NCBI GenBank assembly: GCA_964384035.1
Contig: CAYLIB010000002.1
Span: 101,608 to 160,547 of the forward strand
DNA length: 58,940 bases
Direction of reading: 5' to 3'
DNA from: an uncultured Candidatus Saccharibacteria bacterium
GTDB taxonomy: Bacteria; Patescibacteriota; Doudnabacteria; UBA920
The position numbers were made by a program, and so were the translations under genes. Positions within the stretch are counted from its first letter, which is position 1, and every line of letters begins with the position of its first letter. The notes under the pieces are model-generated. The model saw only the letters and a program-made list of their open reading frames with translations, was not told where the DNA came from and did no database searches. This document shows positions 5,903 to 16,719 of the stretch, one piece after another.

Positions 5903-8152
5903 ATGGAACAAAAAAAAGTTACCTTCAAAGTAGGCGACGCTGATTTTAGTTTTGAAACAGGTCAGTTAGCCAAGCAAGCTAATGCTGCGGTTGTGGGACG
6001 AGTGGGCGATACTGTGGTTCTCGCAACCTGTGTTATGGGCAAAACACCAAGGGATGGTATAAATTATTTCCCGCTTTTAGTCGATTACGAAGAGAGACTG
6101 TACGCAGCCGGCAAAATAAAAGGTAGTCGTTGGGTGAAGAGAGAGGGTAGAGCAACAGACGAAGCTATATTAACCGGTCGTGTTATAGATCGTACATTAA
6201 GACCACTTTTTCCGGACGGAATGAAAAACGATGTTCAGGTTGTAGCAACTGTGCTATGTGTGGATGGTGTTAATGATCCAGATATGGTAGCAGTAAACAC
6301 CGCTGCTGCAGCGTTAACCATTTCCGATATACCTTTCGATGGTCCAGTGGCTGCTGTTCGAGTTGGGATGGTTGAAGGAAAGTACGTCGTTAATCCAACC
6401 CAGGAGCAAAGAGATAAAAGTAATTTAGATCTTATAGTTTGTGGTACCAAAGAACATATTATTATGGTTGAAGCAGGTGCTAATGTAGTGCCTGAAGAAG
6501 AAATCGTTGGTGGTATTAAATTTGCACAAGAATATCTCGGTGCTCTCTGTGAGGGGCAATTAGAATTAAAAAAACAGGCAGGATTAGAAAAAGCTGAGGC
6601 GGTTATGGTGGTCATAAATGACGATGTAAAAAAGGAACTATCTGCATTCGTGACTCCAGAAAAGATTGAAGCGGCTGTTTTTGTGAAAGACAAAGATGAG
6701 CGCGAAGCAAAGATGGATGCTCTCTTTAATGAAGCTATAGATGCACATAAAGAGAAGTTTGTCTCCTCAGGGATAGATGAAAAAGAATATAAATCTCAAG
6801 CAAATACCGTAGTCGATAAAGTCATAAAAAAATATATCCAGAAGCAAATATTAGAGCATGACCGCAGGGTAGATGGCAGAAGATTAGACGAAACCAGAGC
6901 TATTTCATGTGTAGTAGGGATATTGCCCAGAACTCACGGATCCGCTCTCTTTAACCGTGGTGAAACTCAAGTGCTAACTACCGTAACCCTAGGAAGCAAG
7001 GGCGATGAACAAATGCTAGACGGTATGGAAGATCCTATGGAAGGTCGTAGTAAACGTTACATTCACCACTATAACTTTCCAGGTTATTCAGTTGGAGAAG
7101 TTGCGCCTATTAGAGGTCCTGGTAGAAGAGAAATTGGACACGGAGCCCTAGCCGAACGTGCAGTAGAGGTAGTGTTGCCAAACCAGGAAGATTTCCCTTA
7201 CACAATGCGTTTAGTGTCCGAAACTTTATCTAGTAATGGCTCTACTTCCATGGCAAGTACATGCGGAAGTACTTTAGCGCTTATGGATGCTGGTGTGCCT
7301 ATTCGAGAAATTATCGGTGGTGTTGCAATGGGTTTGGTATTGGACGAAGAAAACCCAAGTCACTTTAAGGTACTTACCGACATTGCTGGTATAGAAGACT
7401 TTAATGGACATATGGACTTTAAAGTCACAGGGTCAGACAAAGGTGTAACTGCTCTTCAGTTAGATATAAAAGTAAAAGGTTTAACTGCGGAAATTCTTGA
7501 AAAAGCCATTATGCAAGCTAAACCCGGTAGAATGCATATTTTGGAAACCATGAAAGCGGTAATTCCTGCACCCCGAGCAGACCTTTCTCCTTTTGCTCCA
7601 AGAATCACTAGTTTCATGATAAAGCCAGACAAGATAAGAGAAGTTATTGGTGCAGGTGGTAAAGTTATAAACGAAATTATTGCGGCTACAGGCGTAAAAA
7701 TAGATATAGAAGATTCTGGTTTAGTTATGGTTTGCGGTACAGACGCCGAAATGAGCAAGAAAGCCGTGGACTGGATTCAGAATATTGTAAAAGACGTAGT
7801 CCCAGGTGAAGTATATGAAGGTAAGGTTACTAGACTCATGGACTTCGGTGCTTTCGTAGAAGTATTGCCAGGTAAAGAAGGCTTGGTTCACATTAGCGAG
7901 CTTGCCAACTATCGTGTAGGAAAAGTAGAAGACGTGGTTAAGGTGGGAGATACTCTACAAGTAAAAGTTAAAGAAATAGACGATCAAGGTAGAGTAAACC
8001 TGACCCATAGACCCTTCGCTCCAAAAGCTACTCCAGAACAATTAGCAAGTAGTGGTGGCGGAGATAGGCGGGGTCATGTAGGTGGTTTTGGTAGACCCCG
8101 CGGTCACGGTGGTGTTCACGGCTCATCAAGACCCCATAATCACGATAAATAG
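5903..8152 (+). CDS. pnp: Polyribonucleotide nucleotidyltransferase (PNPase)
   Basis: Two RNase PH domains, KH (IREVIGAGGKVINEI) and S1 (GEVYEGKVTRLMDFGAFVEV), plus a Gly/Arg/His-rich C-terminal tail. Confidence 0.95.
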   Translation: MEQKKVTFKVGDADFSFETGQLAKQANAAVVGRVGDTVVLATCVMGKTPRDGINYFPLLVDYEERLYAAGKIKGSRWVKREGRATDEAILTGRVIDRTLRPLFPDGMKNDVQVVATVLCVDGVNDPDMVAVNTAAAALTISDIPFDGPVAAVRVGMVEGKYVVNPTQEQRDKSNLDLIVCGTKEHIIMVEAGANVVPEEEIVGGIKFAQEYLGALCEGQLELKKQAGLEKAEAVMVVINDDVKKELSAFVTPEKIEAAVFVKDKDEREAKMDALFNEAIDAHKEKFVSSGIDEKEYKSQANTVVDKVIKKYIQKQILEHDRRVDGRRLDETRAISCVVGILPRTHGSALFNRGETQVLTTVTLGSKGDEQMLDGMEDPMEGRSKRYIHHYNFPGYSVGEVAPIRGPGRREIGHGALAERAVEVVLPNQEDFPYTMRLVSETLSSNGSTSMASTCGSTLALMDAGVPIREIIGGVAMGLVLDEENPSHFKVLTDIAGIEDFNGHMDFKVTGSDKGVTALQLDIKVKGLTAEILEKAIMQAKPGRMHILETMKAVIPAPRADLSPFAPRITSFMIKPDKIREVIGAGGKVINEIIAATGVKIDIEDSGLVMVCGTDAEMSKKAVDWIQNIVKDVVPGEVYEGKVTRLMDFGAFVEVLPGKEGLVHISELANYRVGKVEDVVKVGDTLQVKVKEIDDQGRVNLTHRPFAPKATPEQLASSGGGDRRGHVGGFGRPRGHGGVHGSSRPHNHDK

Positions 8153-8169
8153 CTTTTAAGTTAAATAAA

Positions 8170-8195
8170 CCTCCCTGTTTATTGGGGAGGTTTTT
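8170..8195 (+). terminator. Intrinsic terminator after pnp
   Basis: cctccct-gtttatt-ggggagg followed by ttttt. Confidence 0.7.
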
Positions 8196-8198
8196 ATA

Positions 8199-8227
8199 TT
8201 GACATTATTGATCAAAGTCTGTATAAT
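8199..8227 (+). promoter_or_regulatory. Consensus sigma70 promoter of the GC-rich cassette
   Basis: TTGACA (8199-8204), 17 nt, TATAAT (8222-8227). Confidence 0.7.
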
Positions 8228-8298
8228 TACATATTCTTCTCGCAAGAAACTGCCCCTGCCAGCAGGGGTAAAGACTAACCACGAATGGAGGAAAAACT

Positions 8299-8742
8299 GT
8301 GAAAAATTTCGCAAGTTTCAAACGCATCGAGAGGATCCAGGTCTACGGGCCTGGCTTAAACCTCGTCTCACCGTCAATTGGCATTCGCTTCCGAGATGCC
8401 CAGGAAGCTGCGCGCAAAGCCAAAACTGCACCAAAGTCTCCAGAGCAGCTTTTGGTCGAGGTGCAGCAGCGAATTGGCGGGGACTTGGTAGCCGCGCGCC
8501 AGTTCCTCACCCGTCTCCAGGCAACAGCAGGGGACCATCAGCATAACAGTACACTTATGGGTATGATCGCCAGTATGGAGACTTTTGTGGCGAAGCTGGA
8601 AGCCGAAATCGCTTTCGCGGAGCATGCGGCATACAAGGAGAGTGTGCAGCCGCCTCCGCTGAATGACTTTCTCTTCCCAGTCGACATGAACGCACGCCAG
8701 GGAACGCATGTGCGCTCCTACCACCACAAGAGCCGTTTCTAA
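8299..8742 (+). CDS. Hypothetical protein, GC-rich orphan
   Basis: GTG start 7 nt after GGAGG (8287-8291). 147 aa. About 50-58% GC in hand-counted lines. Own promoter and terminator. Confidence 0.55.
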   Translation: MKNFASFKRIERIQVYGPGLNLVSPSIGIRFRDAQEAARKAKTAPKSPEQLLVEVQQRIGGDLVAARQFLTRLQATAGDHQHNSTLMGMIASMETFVAKLEAEIAFAEHAAYKESVQPPPLNDFLFPVDMNARQGTHVRSYHHKSRF

Positions 8743-8755
8743 CCGGCCTAAACCA

Positions 8756-8787
8756 CCGTCTGCCCCCAAAGCAGACGGTCTTTTTTT
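8756..8787 (+). terminator. Intrinsic terminator of the GC-rich cassette
   Basis: ccgtctgc-ccccaaa-gcagacgg followed by tcttttttt. Confidence 0.75.
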
Positions 8788-8815
8788 ATTGTCCAAAATT
8801 TTGTATTATAGATAG

Positions 8816-9982
<1,167 letters not shown>

Positions 9983-10026
9983 AATCAACTGCTACAAAAA
10001 GTAATATCTAAAATCATGGAGGAAAA

Positions 10027-10620
10027 ATGATAGCACTTATTTCGCATTTAGGTGTGCCCTATATTCCGAGAGCTGAGTTCTTAGAAAAGCATTTCAACTT
10101 TCTCGCCGATAATAAAATTAAGTACTTCAGTAGTTTCTATATTTGGCGTTATAAAAGGAAGGGTGTAAGAACAGCCTACGATGCTGCTAAGTTCAGTTCA
10201 GGAGAGCGTATGGTTGCTAGAACAATTCGCAGATTTTGTCTTCTCACAGATTTTATACAAACTGAGAAAGATCATACTATAGTAAAAGAGTTCTTCCAGT
10301 TTGTAGGGTACTTTACCGCGCTACTAGCAATTACCTTCTTCGAAAATATCTTCAATTATCGAGCCAGTGGAGGTTTGGGTTGGAGCAAGGTAAGCTTAAG
10401 TGACTACTCGGTAAATCATTCCGAAAGTGTACCTGTTTCAGTTAAGGAACTTATTAGGAATCTCACTAGGCAAGCCGACGATCAAAAAGTTAAGTTAAAT
10501 TTTGATATTGAATACATTGGTAGTGATCCATTACTTTGGGTTGAATATTCCAAGAGAGGTACTAAACCCCGCAAAAAGTGCGTAGCTATTTGGAATGGTG
10601 ATACGGTAATACTTCCTTAA
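10027..10620 (+). CDS. Hypothetical protein
   Basis: 197-aa ORF with GGAGG 3 nt upstream. No motif recognised. Confidence 0.5.
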   Translation: MIALISHLGVPYIPRAEFLEKHFNFLADNKIKYFSSFYIWRYKRKGVRTAYDAAKFSSGERMVARTIRRFCLLTDFIQTEKDHTIVKEFFQFVGYFTALLAITFFENIFNYRASGGLGWSKVSLSDYSVNHSESVPVSVKELIRNLTRQADDQKVKLNFDIEYIGSDPLLWVEYSKRGTKPRKKCVAIWNGDTVILP

Positions 10621-10760
10621 CCGTTTAAACTCGGCGATTTGTCGAGGTTTTTTTATTTGGCTATACTATCTCCATGCAAAATATTAAACGAAGCGAATCT
10701 GGCTCTGCCAGTTCGCACAGTTTGTCTGCGGGTAGGGCTCCGCAGGCAGATACACAGCAA

Positions 10761-12053
10761 ATGATTGAGAAAATAGTCTCTCTTTGTAAGCGCCGAGGCT
10801 TTGTATTTCCTGGTAGTGATATTTACGGGGGCTTAAGCAATTCCTGGGACTACGGCCCTCTTGGGGTCGAGTTAAAAAACAACATAAAAAAACTCTGGTG
10901 GAAACGTTTCGTTCAAACTAGGGAAGATATAGTAGGTATAGACGCTGCTTTGGTAATGAATCCAAAAGTCTGGGAAGCAAGTGGACACTTAGCCACTTTT
11001 TCTGACCCGCTTGTTGAATGTAAGAAATGTCATTCACGATATCGTGCAGATCAAATGCCAGAAAAGTGTGAATCCTGTGGTGGTAAAGACTTCACAGAAG
11101 CAAAGCAATTTAACTTAATGTTCAAAACGTTTATAGGTCCTGCAGAGGAGGCAGCAAATGTTGCCTACTTCCGTCCAGAAACCGCGCAGGCAATGTTTAC
11201 CAATTTTAAGAATGTTCTAGACACAGCCAGAAAAAGAATTCCTTTTGGTATAGCGCAAATAGGTCCTGCTTTCAGAAACGAGATTACTCCGGGTAACTTT
11301 ATATTCAGAACTCGCGAATTCGAGCAAATGGAAATTGAATATTTCATTGCTCCTCCAAAAACAGACGAGGATTGGAACGAATACTTCGAACAGTGGAGAG
11401 GGAGTATGATCTCCTGGATGAAAGACGACCTAGGTTTCAATATGTCTCATATTCATGAACTTGAGGTACCGGCAGAAGACCGCGCTCATTATAGTAAGAG
11501 AACTATAGATTTCGAATACGAATTTCCCTTCGGTATTAAAGAGTTGTATGGTTTGGCCTACCGAACCGATTTCGATTTGAAAAATCACATAAAGGCCAGC
11601 GGACAAGACCTCTCTTATAGAGACCCAGAAACAAACGAAGTATATGTCCCGCACGTCATAGAACCAACATGGGGTGTAAACAGAACAATGCTCGCGCTTC
11701 TCTGTGAACACTACGACGATAGCGATCCAAGTCATATAATTCTCCACTTACCACCAAAACTCGCGCCATATCAAGTCGCTGTTTTTCCTTTGCTCAAAAA
11801 CAAACCAGAGTTAGTTGCAAAGGCTCGTGAAGTATTTGCAAAACTCCAAGAAAATTTCAGTGTCGCATGGGATGATCGCGGAAATGTTGGTAAGAGGTAC
11901 TTCAGTCAAGATGAAATAGGAACACCTTTCGGTATAACCATAGACTTCGACACCCTAGAAAATAATACCGTAACGGTAAGAGACCGAGACACCGCACAGC
12001 AAGAACGTATAGAAATAGATAAATTACAAAGCTACTTAATTTCTAAAATGTAA
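10761..12053 (+). CDS. glyQS: Glycine--tRNA ligase (dimeric GlyQS type)
   Basis: MIEKIVSLCKRRGFVFPGSDIYGGL...WDYGPLG is the usual N-terminus of this family. The ORF track starts at 10674, adding 29 unusual residues, so the true start is uncertain. Confidence 0.9.
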   Translation: MIEKIVSLCKRRGFVFPGSDIYGGLSNSWDYGPLGVELKNNIKKLWWKRFVQTREDIVGIDAALVMNPKVWEASGHLATFSDPLVECKKCHSRYRADQMPEKCESCGGKDFTEAKQFNLMFKTFIGPAEEAANVAYFRPETAQAMFTNFKNVLDTARKRIPFGIAQIGPAFRNEITPGNFIFRTREFEQMEIEYFIAPPKTDEDWNEYFEQWRGSMISWMKDDLGFNMSHIHELEVPAEDRAHYSKRTIDFEYEFPFGIKELYGLAYRTDFDLKNHIKASGQDLSYRDPETNEVYVPHVIEPTWGVNRTMLALLCEHYDDSDPSHIILHLPPKLAPYQVAVFPLLKNKPELVAKAREVFAKLQENFSVAWDDRGNVGKRYFSQDEIGTPFGITIDFDTLENNTVTVRDRDTAQQERIEIDKLQSYLISKM

Positions 12054-12059
12054 AACAAA

Positions 12060-13298
12060 ATGTTCCAAGGAGACAGTAGTGAATTCCACCCAGCTTCCGG
12101 TGAGGTAACAGAAACACCAACTTACAACTTCGAACAGTTCCTGGCCGACGTCGAACAAGGCGGGCAAGGTTTTAGTGGTAAATCCGAAATCGAAAAGTTA
12201 GAAAGTCTTATCCAGATAGCTGAACAGTATGCCAAAGATCAGTTAAATGACCCCGAGGCAAAACTTCAGTCAGATCCTCGTTGGGATGAGATGAGCAAAG
12301 CGGTAAAAAAACTTTACCGCATGCAAGGCAAAGAGTGGCATCCAGAGTCACGAAATTTAATAGTTCAGATGTTGGATATTTCAACTCACTATAGTCCAGG
12401 CGAAGCTGTCCTTAGGTCAGTCAAAAAAGGTTGGCAACTAGGCGGTCGAATCAAAAAAAGTGAGGTTGAGAAAAGGGATGATGGCAGCAGAGAAGAACAA
12501 ATTGTTCAGTTTATGAAAGGGATAGAGCAAGCCAAAGCTCAACTAGCTCAAATGAAACGAGCCGAGCAAGTTGGCGAAAAAGTAGAAACTCCTACCCAAG
12601 TCGAAACTTTTCAGCCAGCAGAGGAAGAGAGGAGAGAAGAAAATAGTGATTTGGTAGAATCAGCGGGTAGAAAAGGGGTTTTCGAAAGTCGTAAAAAAAC
12701 TTTAGAATGGCTATTTTCAGAAAAGAAAAAAGAAATTGGGAGTCTAATCGAAAAAGTTGCAGAAGGTAGTCTAACAGAGGAAGATGTCGCAAAAACATTC
12801 GAGGAAGATGAAGTCCCCGAAGAGTTGCTAAAAATTATTTTCACTTCCTTAGGAGAACTTCACGCCACAGGCCTTAGTGAATTACCTCCTGTGAAGGATA
12901 AACTTAAATTGATCCTCGAGTCAAAACTCTATCCAACAAGAAAATCGGTTACCAAACCCCCTCACGAGGGCTTTAAACCCGAACCTGAAGGTCTGCTACT
13001 AGAAGAACGTAGGATGAGAGCAAGAGTAAGGGAGTGGATACTTTTGAATAAATCAGACACTATAGATGAACTTATAGAAACAGTTATCGATGGTAACCCA
13101 CAAGATCTAGATGTAAGAGCCGCATTCCGGGATGCACCCGAAATAGAGGATCTTTATATAGGAGCCATTACACGGTCTTTAGTTGAGTTAAGACGTGATT
13201 ACAAAGACGCTAGGAATCCAAGACAAATATTTGAAGGTTTGTTGCTTAAGAATTTAGAACCAGATGATATTTCAGTAGATACAAATAATCAAAAATAA
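12060..13298 (+). CDS. Hypothetical acidic protein with an internal ~80-aa duplication
   Basis: 412 aa. Residues 211-290 and 320-399 align (R..EW...K...I..LIE.V..G....DV..F...). Confidence 0.55.
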   Translation: MFQGDSSEFHPASGEVTETPTYNFEQFLADVEQGGQGFSGKSEIEKLESLIQIAEQYAKDQLNDPEAKLQSDPRWDEMSKAVKKLYRMQGKEWHPESRNLIVQMLDISTHYSPGEAVLRSVKKGWQLGGRIKKSEVEKRDDGSREEQIVQFMKGIEQAKAQLAQMKRAEQVGEKVETPTQVETFQPAEEERREENSDLVESAGRKGVFESRKKTLEWLFSEKKKEIGSLIEKVAEGSLTEEDVAKTFEEDEVPEELLKIIFTSLGELHATGLSELPPVKDKLKLILESKLYPTRKSVTKPPHEGFKPEPEGLLLEERRMRARVREWILLNKSDTIDELIETVIDGNPQDLDVRAAFRDAPEIEDLYIGAITRSLVELRRDYKDARNPRQIFEGLLLKNLEPDDISVDTNNQK

Positions 13299-13300
13299 TA

Positions 13301-14329
13301 ATGCCAGAATCAAAAAATTTAAATATATTTAGAAAATCTCTTAAAAGACCTGTAGTTATAAAAAAACCAGAAAACATATTTTATTTAACTGGCCAGAAAT
13401 TCATATACGGACTGCTTTTGGTGTCACCGAAGCAAGCCGTATTTTTTGGTGATGGTTTAGAACATGTAGAGAAGCTAAAAACAGACTCACTCATAAATAT
13501 AAAAAAATACATCAGGCCAGGTTCTATTTTGGAAGTAGAAGACGAACTAACATTAAAAGAAGCAAAATTCATAGAATCTAAAGTAAGTAAGGTAAAGCTA
13601 ACTCACAGAAGTGAGATATTGGCTGAGCTTAGACTAATAAAAAGCGTTGAAGAATTAAAGCTAGTTGAAAAGGCAGTTAAGCTAACACATGAAGTATTCG
13701 AAAATGTAAAAGTTGCATTAAAGCAAGATACATGGACAGAAAAACAACTCGCTCGTTTTATTCGACACGAAGGAATTGGTGCAGGGGCGGAAGATGTTTC
13801 TTTTGATCCAATAGTAGCAGCAGGGGAAAATTCCGCTATCCCGCACCATAAACCAGGGGACAGACAGTTAAAAGTAGGTGAGCCTATTGTGCTAGATTTC
13901 GGTTTTAAAATAGACGGATACTGTAGCGACTTCACAAGAACTGTTTTCCTTAGAAAGGTTTCAAAAGAATTCGAAAATTACTACAAGCATGTGCTTAATG
14001 CGTATGAAGCGGCTTATAGTAAACTGAAATTAGGCATGAAAGGAAAAGAAGTAGACGCTCTTGCAAGAGAAAAGTTAAGAAAAGAAAAGTTAGATAAATT
14101 TTTTGTACACAGTCTTGGGCATGGTACTGGTTTAGAGGTCCACGAGTCTCCAGGTGTTGGTCCATACTCAGAAGGTCCAATTCTAGATGGAATGGTTTTT
14201 AGTATTGAACCGGGGATTTACCTAAAGAAAAAAGGCGGAATTAGAATTGAAGACTTAGTCTTCATGGACAAGGGGAAAGTAAAGCAATTCGCTGAGTGTT
14301 CACGACAATTAAAAGACAACATTTTGTAA
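13301..14329 (+). CDS. M24 family metallopeptidase (Xaa-Pro aminopeptidase/dipeptidase-like)
   Basis: Pita-bread fold motifs VLDFGFKIDGYCSDFTRT, HSLGHGTGLEVHE and GGIRIED. Confidence 0.85.
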   Translation: MPESKNLNIFRKSLKRPVVIKKPENIFYLTGQKFIYGLLLVSPKQAVFFGDGLEHVEKLKTDSLINIKKYIRPGSILEVEDELTLKEAKFIESKVSKVKLTHRSEILAELRLIKSVEELKLVEKAVKLTHEVFENVKVALKQDTWTEKQLARFIRHEGIGAGAEDVSFDPIVAAGENSAIPHHKPGDRQLKVGEPIVLDFGFKIDGYCSDFTRTVFLRKVSKEFENYYKHVLNAYEAAYSKLKLGMKGKEVDALAREKLRKEKLDKFFVHSLGHGTGLEVHESPGVGPYSEGPILDGMVFSIEPGIYLKKKGGIRIEDLVFMDKGKVKQFAECSRQLKDNIL

Positions 14330-14330
14330 C

Positions 14331-14474
14331 ATGAAATTTACACCAGGTGAATACACTGGAAGTTGTTTTGAGGCAGGGGTGTATCAAGATCTTAGATTTA
14401 ATTTAAATGCTAATCTGAACGAAGACAGGGCATTTATTGCCGCATGGTCAAGGTATTTTGGGATAATTAAATAA
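14331..14474 (+). CDS. Possible 47-aa small protein (not in the ORF track)
   Basis: The ATG is 1 nt after the previous stop, and the stop is 3 nt before the next ATG. It exactly fills an otherwise 148-nt gap. Confidence 0.3.
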   Translation: MKFTPGEYTGSCFEAGVYQDLRFNLNANLNEDRAFIAAWSRYFGIIK

Positions 14475-14477
14475 TTT

Positions 14478-15743
14478 ATGAAATATTTTTTAGAAAAACT
14501 TGCAAATGGGTTAACAATATTAAAAGTACCGAGTAACGACGCCGAAAGTGTCGTTGTAGATTTTTTTATTAAAACTGGTTCCAGGAGTGAATCAGCTAGA
14601 GAAAATGGAATTGCTCATTTCTTAGAACATTTCCTTTTTAAGGGTACTAAGAATCATCCGAGTGCTATGGCTATTTCAGAAATAGTCGATGCTATTGGGG
14701 GAGAAATGAATGCAAATACAGGTAAAGAGCATACGCAGTATTATATAAAAGCTACCAGTACTAAGCTGGAGCTCATTTTCGAAGTACTTACAGATATGCT
14801 TCAGAATCCACTCCTAGACGAAGTAGAGCTGGAAAAAGAAAAGGGTGTAATAGTAGAGGAGATAAACATGTACAAGGATAGTCCAATGTACGAGATAGAG
14901 AATGTTCTCGAAAATACTATGTGGCCTAACGACCCGCTTGGTAGAGATATCGCTGGTTCAAAAGAAACCGTTACCAAGTTCAATAAAAGGATGTTTCAGG
15001 ACTATATGGAAAGACACTACCAGACTCCAAATATGATCCTGGGTATCTCGGGTAAATACGACGAAAAACTTATAAAAAAACTCATAAGTAAGTATTGGGC
15101 AAATGTACCTAAAAAGCGTTTTCATAATTGGATGCCAGCAAAAGACACTCAGAATCAACCAAGGCTAAACATTCAGTTCAAAGAAACCGAGCAGGCGCAT
15201 TTAGCCATTGGTTTTAAAGGCTTTGCATATGGGGACAAGCGAAACACCTCTGCTCAGGTATTAGCAGCCATTCTTGGAGGAGGTATGAGTAGTCGACTCT
15301 TTACAGAAGTTAGAGAAAAAAGGGGATTGGCCTATTACGTTCGTTCGCACCCCGGTAGTTTTCAGGATACAGGTTTGTTTCAGGTTAACAGTGGGGTTCA
15401 GGTCGGTAAAATTCAGGAAGCTATAAAAGTTATTTTAAGTGAACTTGAACTTATAGGCAGGGAGCCAGTTGCTGAAAAAGATTTACTAAAAGCCAAAGAA
15501 TATCTTAAAGGTAAAACAACTCTTGCGCTAGAAGATAATCAGGTGAGGCTAGATTGGTATTTGGATCAGGTAGCATTTCTAAAAAATATTAAGAGTCCTA
15601 TGGATGCTTTTGCAAAGATAGACAAAGTATCCGTAAAAGATATCCAAGCTGTTGCGAAAGAGTTATTCAATAAAAAGAAAATGACATTAGCTGTAATAGG
15701 TCCCTACAAATCAGATAAGTTATTTAAAGATCTGCTTAAATAA
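14478..15743 (+). CDS. M16 family zinc peptidase (pitrilysin-like)
   Basis: Inverted zinc motif HFLEHFLFKGT (HxxEH), about 420 aa. Confidence 0.85.
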   Translation: MKYFLEKLANGLTILKVPSNDAESVVVDFFIKTGSRSESARENGIAHFLEHFLFKGTKNHPSAMAISEIVDAIGGEMNANTGKEHTQYYIKATSTKLELIFEVLTDMLQNPLLDEVELEKEKGVIVEEINMYKDSPMYEIENVLENTMWPNDPLGRDIAGSKETVTKFNKRMFQDYMERHYQTPNMILGISGKYDEKLIKKLISKYWANVPKKRFHNWMPAKDTQNQPRLNIQFKETEQAHLAIGFKGFAYGDKRNTSAQVLAAILGGGMSSRLFTEVREKRGLAYYVRSHPGSFQDTGLFQVNSGVQVGKIQEAIKVILSELELIGREPVAEKDLLKAKEYLKGKTTLALEDNQVRLDWYLDQVAFLKNIKSPMDAFAKIDKVSVKDIQAVAKELFNKKKMTLAVIGPYKSDKLFKDLLK

Positions 15744-15748
15744 ATATT

Positions 15749-16690
15749 ATGTCTCTTGAAGCGGGTTTTGTACCAGAAGAATATGCGGGTAAAGAAGTAG
15801 ATGTTGAGTCTACCCAGGAAGATCTCGAACACCCAGAGCTGGACCAAGCCACAGCTTGGGCTTTAGAAGTCATCACTTCAAATCGTCCAAAGGAAGAAAT
15901 TTTTTTGCAAAATTGGCACCCTAAAGATAGATCTATTTTTCTATACGAAAGAGATAAGTTTTTTTCGAGAAAATCCAAAAAGGGTGGAGTTGGGCTTTTT
16001 GAAAACGAAGGCCAGCAATACGGACTAATTCTAGAAGGATTATTTGCAGATCCAAAATTTTCAGAAGCCGCATTCGGCAAACAAATTGCTTTCAGACCGG
16101 CGACCAGGTGGGACGATGCTCATCAGGGCACAGATAGCTTGTTAACTTTAAAAAGTTCAAGACAGGATAAGGATTTTGTAATAGCTATAGACTTCACAAT
16201 AGGAGAATCTAGAAATTACCTACAAGAAAAATTCAAAAAAAGTTTTGACATTTCTAAAAAATCAGAACTGGTAGAACCTATGTATGAAAATCCATTTTCT
16301 CACAAAATAGAGAGTCACAGAGTCCCAAAGCTATTAGTTGTTGTAGATAGAGTAGATTTAGACGAATGTATTACTCCTTGGTTAAATGACGACTATAAGG
16401 GTTTAAGTAAAACAAATCTTGCAAATTTAGTAATGGCAGAACTCTACTATGAGATGGAAGGTTTGAGTAACTATTTAAATAATCCGAATTCAGAAGATGA
16501 GAATAAAAGGGTCGCCCGATATTTACATTCCTGCAAAACCCGCCTAGCGGAGCTAGCCGAAGCCCGTGGCATAGACTATAAAATGGAAAAATCCGACAGA
16601 GTCGTGCTAGATATAATAAAAAGAACCCTAGCAGTAAGGCTGCAAGCCCCAAGAGAAAAAGGTATAGGTAGTTTTAGAATTGTAAATTAA
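15749..16690 (+). CDS. Hypothetical protein
   Basis: 313-aa ORF in tight operon spacing. No motif recognised. Confidence 0.5.
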   Translation: MSLEAGFVPEEYAGKEVDVESTQEDLEHPELDQATAWALEVITSNRPKEEIFLQNWHPKDRSIFLYERDKFFSRKSKKGGVGLFENEGQQYGLILEGLFADPKFSEAAFGKQIAFRPATRWDDAHQGTDSLLTLKSSRQDKDFVIAIDFTIGESRNYLQEKFKKSFDISKKSELVEPMYENPFSHKIESHRVPKLLVVVDRVDLDECITPWLNDDYKGLSKTNLANLVMAELYYEMEGLSNYLNNPNSEDENKRVARYLHSCKTRLAELAEARGIDYKMEKSDRVVLDIIKRTLAVRLQAPREKGIGSFRIVN

Positions 16691-16719
16691 GCATACTCAT
16701 TAGTTTATTGAAATAATAA

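Noticed and set aside
6235-7758. Antisense ORFs inside pnp (6235..6693 and 7456..7758), plus similar antisense ORFs inside tgt, glyQS, leuS, glyA, xerC/D-like and other genes
   Set aside because: They lie wholly within well-supported conserved genes on the opposite strand, have low-complexity translations and lack SD sequences.
8199-8796. Alternative ORFs 8199..8546(+) and 8374..8796(-) overlapping 8299..8742
   Set aside because: Only the 8299 frame has a GGAGG SD at correct spacing and ends just before the terminator. The others begin inside the promoter or overlap the terminator, and they are typical GC-rich shadow ORFs.
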